A stretch of 64,000 bases of DNA from Balanoglossus misakiensis. Lineage: Eukaryota; Animalia; Hemichordata. The position numbers and the translations under genes were made by a program. Location: NCBI GenBank assembly GCA_040954595.2, contig CM082598.2, positions 3,592,565-3,656,564 on the forward strand, given 5' to 3'. The notes beneath the pieces were generated by a model, which had not been told where the DNA came from, did not search any database, and saw nothing but the letters and a program-made list of their open reading frames with translations. This document shows positions 42,801-56,034 of this stretch, one piece after another (the stretch's first letter is position 1; each line of letters begins with the position of its first letter).

Positions 42801-45800
42801 CCCAAAAAGATAGGGTAGAACGACTCATTTTGTGGTATTAAAATAAGAGCATGACTTACTATGTTAATTTGTAAAATTCAACACAGCGAACACTCACACA
42901 AAATACATGTATTTACAATTAGATTAGTATTGATGCCGACAGACTACCATTTGAGAAATTGTGCAGAGAAATCTGATTTTCAAGAAAACTGAAAGTTATT
43001 AAATTTAAGATAACATCACCTTGATTATGGTTGCACACATTTAATATGATTATGCATCCAATACTTAATCATTTTGCATAATTCACAGTAAGAGAAGCAA
43101 ATCATTTAAAAGTAACACAGTTTAACTTTGTAAATTATGCCAAAAATAGAAAAATGTGTAACGTGTCTGACACGCACAGACTGACATTTTGTTTGTCTGT
43201 TTTAACACCGGCAAATTAATTCAAGTATATGTTGAACTCACTGTTCTTTAATGTAATCTTTTTGTAACAATACGTTGTTGAGCAACAGACATTTATATGA
43301 AATTTCTCACGAAAAATATGCGTCAAAGATGGCCGACACTTGGCCCCAGTGACCGTGCGTCCAAGATGGCCGACACTTGACCCCTAGTGACCTCGATTCA
43401 CAGTTATTGCTGTTTTGATTTCAAGCTTAATGTGCAAGACTGGGCCGTTACTTGAGATGAGGATTATAGTCTGCACGCACCAGATTGAATTAATTTGATA
43501 TCGCGGAGTGAGATGTCATCAGAGGTCAGAGGTCAATCTGAGTCAATGCCATCAGTACTTGCATTCAACTATCAGCATACAAGCACTTTTTGCTCCTGAT
43601 AAACCCAGGCTTTGATTCACACCACGAGATTGTCTTCTCCTTTGCAGAAACCATACTCGTTTCCATGTGAAATATTAAATATTTCCTCCGGGGCTCATAA
43701 AACTGATGCATGTACCAGCGCAAAGCTGTTTTCAATTTCCATGGAAATTGAAATTTTCCAGAAGGCAATTATAGACTTTATCCCGGTTTACTCAACAAAC
43801 AGGACAATATGGAGTCACTAGTATACATGTAGCATGCACTGTGCATCAAAGCTGACAAAAGCTTTCTTGATTTTCTGCGTACCGACCGAATGAAAAAAGA
43901 GACAGCTCATATAAGTGACGTTGTCTTTTCTAAAGGGGCATGGTGGTTTTCAAAAAATAGAATAAAATGAAACCTGAATGTATCCTGAATGTATTTTTTA
44001 ATCTTATGAATTAAAGACTCTGTTTGACTTTGTCACAGAAGTTCATCAACGGATCAATAACTATATACCAACAGAAGTTTTCATGCATACACCAAAACGT
44101 ACCAAATACTTTTAAGGAATATTCTGGTGCATATACGCGTCAAACATTTCACTCTGATATTCTGCACTGTAATTTCAAAGCATTTCTTTCCAAGTCACTG
44201 AGTTTTGTAAGTGTGTGATTTTGCATGGCATGTTGGCGACACATAGCTGGCATATTTATAATACTGCCGCAAGTCGTAGCAGCCAAACTTTTATCAGTGC
44301 TGTGCGATTGAGAGCTGCACAGTAGCAGTCATAAGTCAGTCGCGATGTCTACCATCTGTCTACTGAGAATAGAACTCCCACGCTGGGCTGTTTCTGATTC
44401 GTATCTTAATTCCTCGAAGTCGACGACCAGCTCTTGTAGCTACGAAACACTCAGTAACGAGACTGCACTACAGTGTAATTTTATCTACCAGTATATTTCA
44501 TCATGGAGGCACATGGAATGAAAAACATAACCCACTGATTTTCTTTCATTCATGATTTCTGAAATTTCAGAAGTTGACGTATGAATTAACACAGCACACA
44601 GCAGAATGGATTTTTGGCCTGACATTTTGCAAGTTCTCAATACTTCTCAACTTAACTTTGCATCCTTGATAAGCCAGATGTTGGCAGATATATCCGATCA
44701 TACAGAAAGTGAGAAAAGCTTGGACTACTTATGAGATATTTCCACCACACAACCCCTTCCTAATGTCATAAAAGGACAAGAAGAATCAGGAAAACCTTGC
44801 ATTTTCATCGATTCAAATGGCTCAGCAACCGTTGCCTAGCCATTTGAATCCAAGATCTCCTTGAGACACTAGTGAAACACTAGGAAGTTGTACTTTTGAA
44901 AAGTACACAAGAAAATGTCACGGGCTACATCAGCACAGCATGGGAGGATCTCACCACAGGCTGTATAATGATGTCGTCTGCAAACTTGTAAAGAAGAAAT
45001 CAGGTCATGGCATTCACCCCATACTTTTCAGGTTAAGGCTATTAGGAGATCGCGACCCGAACATGAACTTCGAGGGTATTTGCTTACTGTGGTTACAATT
45101 TCCCACTGGGCAACAGACCCCAAGTTCAACTCCCTGATGGCAATTGCCATCAGGGAGTAATTAAAATGGCGGCTGTCTTTTTTTTTCCTAAGTGATTTTG
45201 TTGCATGTAATTGTAAACTAGCCATGGTTAGTTAGACAAATACTCACGTCGAGTCAAAAGTTGGCCAGTCACGATGGAACTTCAAATGTACCAGTATTCT
45301 AAGTAGAAACTCTTTTTGAAATATCACAATTCCTTTCTAGTTTGCTCATTCATTGCACAATTAATTATCTGCAAACTCTCGGTCGGTAGAGGTGCAAAAA
45401 TTCTGAAATGCTGATTAGAATATACTGTGGTGTGGTGTGCAATGTTGAATGTCACAAAAAATTAACAACAGATAAAAAAATTACTATTTCACAGAAAAAT
45501 TGCAAAATGGGATGATTTTTACTGTTCCACATTTTCACTTTTTACCCCAAAAAATATTCTTCCAGTTTACAAGACACCGCAGGAATTCAAATCTCAAACA
45601 AGACTACGAACATCGACCGTCGAAAATCAACTAATCATTCAACTCTTCAAGCCACTGTAGTACATCATCAATCAGTGTAATTCGTAACTGGTGAATGTCG
45701 GACAAATTCGTAACGGAAAACACACCTCATCACTCGTAACAAACCACTGTATAATTCAGACCACACAGCACCCACACATCCAGGAGTTTAAACCAAACAG

Positions 45801-46132
45801 ATTTTTTTCGCTTTTCTATATAAATCAGTCACGTACTCATCCCCTGTGATTTGCTCATTTAAATACCTTTTATTAATTGATTAGACAACGCATCTCGGGT
45901 GCCTGGATATCTAAGACATGTCATTACTTCTCATGACCCGTCACTGATTCCATGAATAAATGCATATGCAACAAAAAACACCACTGCTTTGAGTTCAACA
46001 TCTAGAATCGAGTTAAAAATTTCAACATTCACACGAGAAAATTCAGACATCAATGCTTGCTGTATGCTACATTCAGTGCATTCATATTTCCAGACACAGA
46101 ACACAAGACAAATGTTACAAGCGACCGACTTC

Positions 46133-46210
46133 TTAACCCTTTCACCCCCATTTCCCGGTATAGAGGTCCAACACACTGCCATTTAAGAACAATGGATTTG
46201 GACCAAACCG
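46133..46210. mobile_element. ~90-bp MITE family, reverse copy with intact TTAA-CCC end
   Basis: TTAACCCTTTCACCCCC...TATAGAGGTCCAAC...AACAATGGATTTGGACCAAACC. Confidence 0.7.
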
Positions 46211-46262
46211 TAAAAATGTTGTAAGTTATGGCTAATGTTCTAGGGGAAATACAGTGGGCCTT

Positions 46263-46474
46263 TAAGGGAGAACCATTTGATTTCTGGTATGGAGGATTTT
46301 TTAAAGAAAAAAATGATGGCTGATGGTGAGGAAGAAAATAATTTTTTTTCTGCAATGCCTCGAGGAAAAAGGTGGATAGCTGACAGAAAAATAACAGTGG
46401 TTGAAAAAAAATATCCTGACATACCCAAATCCTTTATCTCCCCCCCCCCCAGAAATCAAATGGTTCTTCCCTTA
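46263..46474. mobile_element. ~210-bp MITE with ~25-bp TIRs flanked by TA
   Basis: TAAGGG-AGAACCATTTGATTTCTGG ... CCAGAAATCAAATGGTTCTTCCCTTA (one indel). Confidence 0.8.
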
Positions 46475-48544
46475 CATGTATGTATAATGCAGATAAGATC
46501 CGCACCTGTCACTGACAGAAACCTGAAACCTGTTCAGAAGAGACTTAATTTCCCTCAGAGCCTGCAACTGCTGCAGAAAATATTTTAACCTTTGTCAAGA
46601 GACTCAAATAAGATATATTCACAAGCATATTGAAATGCCAAAATCTTCAGGGTACCCATCATCAGCTTGCACAGGTCGTTAACTGCAGTCTCCAGAGCAA
46701 AGACCTTGGCAGGCGAAGATGCTGGGTACCCTACTTTCAAATAGACTGTTCCATTCCATCTTCAAAAAAGTTACAGTAATCCTGAGAAATTAAAGCACAC
46801 TGATGTGCAGAATATTAAAATTAAATTTCATGCTCTGCTTATAAATTACTTTGGCGTTCTTTTTGATGAACAAAACAAAATCAAACACAACATGATATAA
46901 TGTCACAGACCTACCCCATAAAAGGTTGGTTTGAGCTTAACGGCTGACCAAGATATATCTCAGATATACACGAAAAGTTGCATCTCATTTACGAACTCAA
47001 CTGAAAACATAAATATTTTATGTCTTATCTTAGCTTCCCAGATGTAGGTATTAAAGTTCCCCCCATGCATAATTAAAAACAAGGATTTCTTACGGTAGAA
47101 TTTGCAGGAAACTACATAATGCATTAATGGCATTGCATCTCTACTTGTATTTATCCATTTAGCCTTTTTCAATTTGTTTCTTGAACAACTGAACCGACAT
47201 TTTTTGCGAGAAGGTGAAAAGATTGTCTTTTTCTTGGACTGTCTTAACTATTCCTGTGAAGTGCCATCTATGGCCACACCGGCCCTTATCAAGTTACAGG
47301 ATTTATATACGTGTACTTTCAAAATTCCAGGATTTTCACAGGAGTTTGGTCCAATAATTTTTGTTAATCCTACCTATGACGACCAACCTTTACAAAAAAT
47401 TCTACAAAGTTCTACGGATTTTGTCATGTCTATACAATTTAATAGAAATAGGGTTCAAAATTACATAGCAATCTATAGACACCCTTAGAAAAATTCTATA
47501 ACTTATAAACTTTGATACAAATTCTATAGGCTATAGAATTCTATAGGTATCTACCGAATGTTTTGGTAAGATATGGAACCATAGCAAGATGTGTTGGACA
47601 ATGCATCATGTCTTTTTATTGGATTATACCTGTCCCGGGTGTGATATTTTGGCTTTTAACTTCTTAAGCTTTTCCTGGAAATCTCTGACAGGTTTTTAAA
47701 GGTTGCTGATTTGAAAGTAGGGCAGGAACGGAAGACTGCATTGAATCAAGGTTTTTGTAATTTACCCGTTGTCCAATCTACGAGATCTTCGCTCGTATAC
47801 GATCATGAATGCAGTTCATTCAATCTTTTCACTGTGGTACTGAACTCGTTTACATGTATACAGTTAGCCCTACTTCCAGAGATTTGACTTGCATTAGCCA
47901 TAAAACCCTTTCAGAGAAATGAAGAAACTCACGGCGTAGATAAAAGGATTGCCAGGCCCGGTCGCACACCGTTGATACACGCACACGTTATGCGTCTATC
48001 TCTTTCGCCGTAGAAATTTACCATTTGACAGAAAAAGGAAGTGTCGGCCATTATAATGCCAAGGGTCTTTTATATTTGATTGTATATACGCGTAGCACCA
48101 ATTTAAATGTTCTTTTATGACCAACAAGAAATGTTGCAAGGCATTTTGGCGATTCATAATGAGCTGTCAATCAAGATCACACGAATACTGTCGCTTCACT
48201 GAGTGTCTGCAATTTCCTCGACGCACAATTCCCGAGTGTGTTCCGACGCTTGTTCGCGTCATAAAGGCGTTTTTCTTCCACCTTCCTGGACACACTAATT
48301 ACCCATTAATTGAAAACATATCTGATTGATCCAATCCGATTTGCACTAAGCAAATCAAGAGGAAATATCTCCTTAGAGACAGAACCAAAAGCTGGACGCG
48401 GAAACACGCAGCTGCGACGACGCAGATCGCGCAGATTTCACAAAACCTCGAGAGTCATCAACTCAACCAAGTAAGAAACTGCAAAACACACCACGTTCTT
48501 AGCACTTGAAAGGGAAGCGGTCGTCGCGCCGCGTTTGTTTGCTG

Positions 48545-48702
48545 ATAAACATTAGAATTCACCCACAAATCCTTGAAATTAACTAATTTTTAGAATGCAC
48601 AAAGCAGCCAATTGTAGCGTAGACAGGGCATGACAGCAACTGAAGATCCTAGTAGGTTGTGGCGACTGCAGTGAGGTTAGTGCTGGTATGGGAGGACACA
48701 TT
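48545..48702. repeat. dispersed ~158-bp repeat, copy 2
   Basis: Same orientation as, and colinear with, 8322-8479. Confidence 0.8.
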
Positions 48703-51700
48703 TAATCACATAATGAATAAATCTGTAGAAAATTACATGTACATGCATTTGTATACCTATATTAAACCTTGCCAAATAAAATCCAGAATAACATTTTCTC
48801 CCTAGCCAAACTAAAATTCCAATAAGACCCTACGATAACACTGACTTGCTGGTACATGGTTTCCAATGAAGTATTAGTGACAATAGATAGCATGTATAAA
48901 GTATCATCTGTAATTCATTGCACAAAATAACCCACTCTCAATAAATTGAAGTTATAGAGAGACAACTACTTCAGGTATTAGGATGTCTAAGGACTTAATT
49001 CAGTGTCTCAATTTCGCTAATAAGCTCAGTGGTCTCTGCAAACATCAAACATCCTATCGTGCAGGATTTTCATCGAATAGAGTAAAGATTTCTTCCTATC
49101 AACGGAGACTATTGTATCAGAGTAACAAGAGCTGTGAGATTTCACGTTTTCAATTTTCATCTATGATTATATCAACCATGTTATCACCATATGCAAGACA
49201 TCTTTCCTTGCTAGATACAAAGAGATGATCCAAAATTAGAAATCTCCATATTTCCTAAGGCCAGGTGATTTCCACTGAAAATCTTCTCTCGTTTTACATC
49301 TAAGTGCGTCTAAATCGTGCTGCATGTGTCTTTTGCTGATAATGTTACCCCTCAGGCTACGGTTTCTTAGCAACCATTCTGATAACACGAAACTGGAAAG
49401 AACTGGGTTAAGTCGATATATGATGCATGTACTGATCCTGATATTATCAGTTTAGACATTTCTGGTGTGGTTCACAGTGAAGAGTTTGTGTCGGCCCGAC
49501 ACAGGTGTATAGGCTAAAAGCTGGCTCAAAATACATATTCATGGTTCATAAATGATTATAAATGTCGCCGTGCCTTACATCTGATTTTAATCAGACTGCA
49601 AGGGAGGCTAGGCTACCACGCTATTGATAAAACATGTAATAACTCTCATGAATTTCCATGAAATTACTCAAACAGGAACTACTTTCGCGAGACTCACAAT
49701 GGTTTAAAGAGCCATTACTCAACAAAACAATACTCACCGCGCTATTTTTGTTTAATTACCAGACACACTTTCCGGTAACAATCTTTACACTTGTTTGATT
49801 TTTCACAGCAATTGATCGTGCATCCTGTTTGTTGTGGACGCCTGTCGCGATTCCCTTTACGACAACCGCACGCCAATTTTAACGCTTTCAAAAAAAATTC
49901 AATAATACAAAGCATCCACCACATTGAGCGACAAGCTACTTCACTTTACACCAAATTTCTGTTTTTTTTTTCTTTTGCGAAATTTTTCCAAAGAATTGAA
50001 TTATGAAAAATCATTATCATCCAATAGAACGCTTTCAATCGCATACCACTTATGTAGCCTTGAATAGGCAACGACCGATCAATTTGTTCTCAAAACGATA
50101 TCTCCAAAAGCGTGAATGTTTTGTACTGTATCACGACATGTGTGGTTTAACGACATTTCTTTTACATAACGATTACATATAGTTCTACCACTGCTTTGCG
50201 TGACACACCAACATAATTCAGATATTGCGCGAATTTTCCCAGTTTGCCTACAGCATCTTGCTTTTCATTTATAAATTTCAACATTTGGACAACTGGAGTG
50301 CTATATGCCAAATATAAAAATAAACGTACAAGTGGTCTGTTTATATTATGTCACATACGAAAACGGCCCGAAGATAGTAACGATTTTAGCTTCAACCTAC
50401 TTGTCAATTTACTCAACATGTAGACATCTATATTGTTGATGGTTTATTGACTGTTGAGTACATAATATCAAATGTTGACAACATCGACGAACAAGTACCA
50501 GTGCTATCTGCTGAAGAGCAGACATTTACTGTTGAAATCAAAGTTATACTTCAAGTGAATGTGTTGAGCTCAAAATTTGCAAAACATTTGGATGGGAAGT
50601 TATGTCTGTACACACGAAATTATGCTCACGATCGTTGGCCTTTAACTTGCAAGACAGCCAGGCAAGCATATCACATGCTGAAGCCAGTTGTGAAAGACAT
50701 CTCCACAAATTCTCACACACAGCGCATAGAAGACCTTCAAGCCGAGAACCCAATACAACAACAATATACACACAATCCACTATACAAGCACTTGTCCTAA
50801 TTAAACTGCAGGATACATGAACACCTGCTGGACCAGCATGGATGAACGCAAAGATCCCGTCAATTCACAGAAGCCACACAAACAAAACAAAATGGCTCAC
50901 TTATCTTCCAAAATGCAAAAAAACTTCTTGCAAATCATATTTCATCTGCCGATATTATAATGTGACATGAAAAGTACCGTATGTGCCCTACCATTCACAT
51001 ATTCTAATATATCATCAAATTGACAGCTCAAAACAGGTGGTTCAATTCAACGTGAACAACAAACAGCAAAGTGATACTCAACAGCAACGCATATATATCT
51101 GAGAGTTGTCATAGAAACAATACTACAACCTTTCGTATACATTCTACATACTTCCTATCAAATGTAAAAAGTGAACTTTTTATATTCCATATTCGTACTG
51201 AGAAGTACGTAATCCATGATGACATTAGACGAACTGAAAATCAGTTCCTTTGCTGCATACTACCTTTAAATTAATTATTTCATTTTTGCTCAACATTAAT
51301 AAGCACAGTTTCAACACCAGTAATTTACATACTTTTTAATTAAAAAAAAATATTTTCTGTATTAATCTTGGATAGACATATTGACAATAAAATTTTAGTA
51401 TCACAATACTTGGGGATCATAAAAAATATTACATGACATTCCTGTACGAAACATCCAGCCTGAGTCGTATCAAAAATACATTATGAAGAAATTTCTCCCA
51501 GATTATAAAATGCATGATCAAAACACACATAAATCATAAAATTTTAGCTGTACACTCTTGAGAGACATTAAGAGCATCAGGTCAAAGGTCGCTGACCCTG
51601 ACTCGCAGATACAATCTAATTTGCATTTCATACATTCTTTTATTATTTAGAAGAACCAGTTGATAAGTCAAGCTATTAGCCTTTTAGAAAATGCTTACAT

Positions 51701-52774
51701 GGGCGAATAAATTGAGTGGATAATTTCACCGTGGAGCAGCTGTTCGCCAGCTGGGAAATTTATGTTTCATTTTACCATAATCATAATTCCTATGTAGTTA
51801 TAGGTTTGGTTTCATACTTTAAAATCAATTTTCATAATGGCAGTTTTATTATAGTTGACCTTCCAGCTGTTATTATTACAGTGGATATTTCAGACTGCCA
51901 TCAACCAATTCTCAGGGTTACACCGGTTTTTGCTTTCTGAGGTTTAATTTCAGTAAATAATTATTTTTTTCTTCAAAATTTACATACAACACTCAGAATT
52001 CTATAAAACAAACGCCCTCTGTAGTCAGGTAGATCACGACCTCATAGATGACCTCCAGACTGAAAGAATTGTAAATTGTCATTATTTGGGAAATTTTATG
52101 ATACCCAATAATATCTTGAATAAACAAGAGACAACCATTTTGGAATTACTGACAAGAAAGGAACTAAATATGTCTCCCCTGTTCAAAAATGCTAAAATAG
52201 TGTGTCTGCCAAATCTGAAAATATCTACCTGTCTCAACACACTTTTGAAAATATTCTAAAAATATTCTACAATGTAATCTTTATGGTCTAAGTCAGCTTA
52301 ATAAGTGATTTGTTTTTGCTCGTATATCTGAAGCGAAATTGCACCAAACCTCGAGTTTGACATCTTGGAAAACTCCTTCCTGATCCCTGGGTCAACAAAA
52401 AGGACATAAAAATACTCTGTCCTATTTCGATGACAATAGGATAACTCAAATGGCATAGAACACACACAATAGATGCACATGGATGACCGCCCATGGGACA
52501 ACATATACCGCACGTCCATTATAACAAGCTCTCTCAAGTCAGTGACCTGTCACCTCCAAACAATGGTTCGACCCCATTGTTTTCAGTGGCGCGACTGTCT
52601 CATTCCAGGCCAATTTTAATAGGGGTGAAAATGTTATACAACCCCCACAATCTAATGCAAAATGTTTTACCATGTTACCTATTTGATTAGTTGGTTGATG
52701 AGAAAATAAACTTCATTTTAATTACCAGATGCATTTCTTCGCTCAACATTAAATGATCATATGCAAATTGATGT

Positions 52775-53040
52775 CAATGATGTACATTGTAGCAGTTACA
52801 CTACAGTGTAATACAAAGTAACAACCACATTGTTTGCAATGATGTACATTGTAGCAGTTACACTACAGTGTAATACAAAGTAACAACCACATTGTTTGCA
52901 ATGATGTACATTGTAGCAGTTACACTACAGTGTAATACAAAGTAACAACATTGTTTGCAATGATGTACATTGTAGCAGTTACACTACAGTGTAATACAAA
53001 GTAACAACCACATTATTTGCAATGTTGTACATTGTAGCAG
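52775..53040 (-). repeat. 62-bp minisatellite array 2 (~4 copies, reverse orientation)
   Basis: TGTACATTGTAGCAGTTACACTACAGTGTAATACAAAGTAACAACCACATTGTTTGCAATGA is the reverse complement of the array 1 unit. Confidence 0.93.
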
Positions 53041-55942
53041 ACTGGATGAACCCAACCCTCTGACTGAATATATTAAAATTAAAACAATAAAATTGATGTG
53101 TTAAATTTACTGAATGCCACAGGCTTGAATAGCTCAAAGGGTAGTCAAGGTCGTTCAACTTATTTACACCCTATCACCTCATTTGCAGCATAGGTGACAT
53201 ACAGCTGGCTGACTTCAGATATTAGGCTTAGTTGCGACACACAACACGCCTCCCCTGGGGACGTATACGCACTGTCGTCTACACCACTGTAAATAGTAAA
53301 TTGTCTGTCGGCAAATCTGGGCTTCTGTGGTTGCCAGGGGGCGTACAGTTCTGTACTCAGCCAGCCTGTTTGGTTGTCACACCAGGGCACAATTAGTTTC
53401 AAATCACGAGACGGCCTCTGGGGCTCGTAAAAGTTTACATCCCCCTCCAGTCTCACTTTTGGGTCCATAAAAGCAACAAGAAAAGCCTATATTCTATAAA
53501 CCGTCTCTGAGTCTTGATAATTCAAGTTTCATTATCGGCTTTGAGAGAGGAGGTTTGATGGGCACACAACAGAAATTGTGCTCAAATCTATAAAAATTGG
53601 TCCATTTAATGGTGGCAATACCGACACTCTTGCAAGTGGCCAGTTCTTGCTTTGTGAAACATAAAAAAAAAACATCAATTCTTCAGCGAGCGTTGTATCA
53701 GAATTTCAAGGTCAATCAGTTGTAACTTTTTAAATTTTTAAATACATCTTTGTTCTGTACGCAGACTACAGTTTCTTGTCTTATATGTACACCCACCCCT
53801 ATGACAAACTACCAAATATTTTGCCGCCAAATGACCATTGTTATTGTTGACAAAGGGATTCATATTCAGATTTCGGACTTGAATCCAATATTTCACGATG
53901 AAATGCTGAGAATGAGCAGTGTTGATGAGCTAAACTATCGGGATTTTCATCACGCTTGGAGATTCGTATAAGACGACATTTTATCTCAGTAACCATGGTA
54001 ACATGGGGTTGTACATGTATGTCTGACTTCCCACAGGGTTGAAGGAGATGGCTTTTTTTTCTCACGGAATTTGAACTGGTTCAACGGAACGTATAGTCGG
54101 TAGCATGATGCTATCTGGTTGCACTATCCTTCTTGACAATGGACAGGGCAAATTGTTGAATTCCTGCAATTCGGTCACCTAGACAACAAACCATGTACTA
54201 GCTGCGTTACTAAAGACTTCCTAGGGGTGTTTCGCTCACTTACTCAATGGCGAAGTGTGGTTAAAACAAAGCAAAAAGCCTGCCTTCTATTCAAATTGGT
54301 GTATCTACAAATTGACTTGAGTGGGCAAAGGTATAAATTGACTTCGCGCGGGCAATAAACATTTAAACAACTCTTCTGTCTCATTTCAGGGCATTTAGTG
54401 ATGCATAAAAGCGTTTAGTGCCTTGTCGGTAAAACAGAAGTCCTGTAGTATAGTAATAACATCTCGCCCAGGGTTAAAAAAACTCTAACTTTCTCATGCC
54501 TGTGGTCGTGTGAATAGTATCGGATTCTTGGGGTGGTGTATGACTGGAAAACAACATTCCGATATTTGAGAGGAATGTGTCGGTTTCTGGGGGATGAGGG
54601 CTGGGAGAGGGTTTGTGGTGGACAGAGGGAGGGAGGGGGGTGCGGGGAAAAAACCAGGAGGTTGAAACCGCAACGAAGAGAAGGAAACACTGGTAAATGT
54701 TCAGTGGAGGCAGACACAGATCATGGCTTCCAAGCCTCTACTCCAGAAACCTATTAACCGGACCAATCAATTTGTGCTCACCGACAAGTGTATTCGCTAC
54801 TAAAAACGACCCGGCGAGCAATTTTCTCCGTGAGTTACGAGGGCCAGCGAGCGTAGCCGTATAAAAACGTTAACAATGTCCCTCCACACTGACAACGCAG
54901 TCGATAAATTATCCGAAACGGCACTACGGAATTTCCGATACCAACCCAAGCGTTCCTCATCAGCGAGTTTACTGATTACTTTGGGGTTTTTTGGCAAAGT
55001 TTGAGAATGCAATCAGGAACAAATATTCAAATATATTATTGTTAAAAAAAATTTAACACACTGTGATTTTCTCCCTATGAATTATTTGCATACAATATAA
55101 TGCCAAATTTTGTTTCCACACAGGTGAACTCTTAACCTTCAGCAAAATAATCGCATATTGGTAATTCTTATCTTTTTAAATCTATAACCGCATTATGTGA
55201 AAAAGAAACACAGTTTTGCATTATGACCTAAATCATTTTGTCAAAAACTGAGTTACATTGGCGTGGCTAGCACAAGATCACGTAATGATCACTTCAAAAT
55301 CCCCCGGGGTCAGGAAGATGATTACAGTGGTAAAAATGTTATCATCACTGGAAACAAAATATCCAAACTACTACATATACATACAGTATCAAGTTTCCAG
55401 TCAATCTCCAGTTACAGATTTTCTGATCTCAAACGTGATGTATCATTACTGAAGTTTGTTCAAATGAAATGTCCCTTCTTGCTCAATTTATCTAATATTT
55501 TAATAGGAACCCGACAAATTGAGCTAATTTATCACATCGGGATTTACGTTACAAAGCAACGAGTCCGTTTCACCGATCCGACAAAAACGCTCAATGAGGA
55601 CGTAATGAACAGTCGCCAAAAAAAAAATACGAAACATGAGAAAGATTTCGTGATAACGGCAAGCCCGTGCAAAACACTAATTTCCTCAACTCCCACTTAG
55701 GCAGCCTGATGCAGGTCGGGTTGAGTATCTGTATTAACCTTACGTGACCTTGTTTCTTTTCACGAGGACACAGATAATAGTGGCTAGCAAGAGGCGGGTT
55801 TTCAGTTCGGGACGACGATGGCGAACAATCAACATCACATACTATGAAATTCATCGATTCAGTTCGCAAGTGTCAGTTTTAACTTTTGGACTCTTTGAGG
55901 TTGATACTTTCATACGCCGGTTACTTTCAATTCATGGCTTTA

Positions 55943-56034
55943 TACCCCTTTCACCATCATGGTTTGGTCCACTCCCATTGATCTCAATGGCAGCGTTAGA
56001 CCGTTCCTTAGGGACACGGGGGTGAAAGGGTTAA
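55943..56034. mobile_element. ~90-bp MITE family, diverged full-length copy
   Basis: CCCTTTCACCATCATGGTTTGGTCCA...GGGGGTGAAAGGGTTAA. Confidence 0.7.

Noticed and set aside
47385-47570. Degenerate TCTATA(G)-rich segment with possible short TIRs
   Set aside because: Too decayed to define boundaries.
49730-49940. Cys-rich 60-aa minus ORF ending next to a good donor (GCG|GTGAGT)
   Set aside because: The stop precedes the donor. It could be a non-coding alternative exon, but nothing in the sequence supports that.
50447-50800. 117-aa + strand ORF
   Set aside because: Non-ATG start, no splice partners and no recognisable motif.
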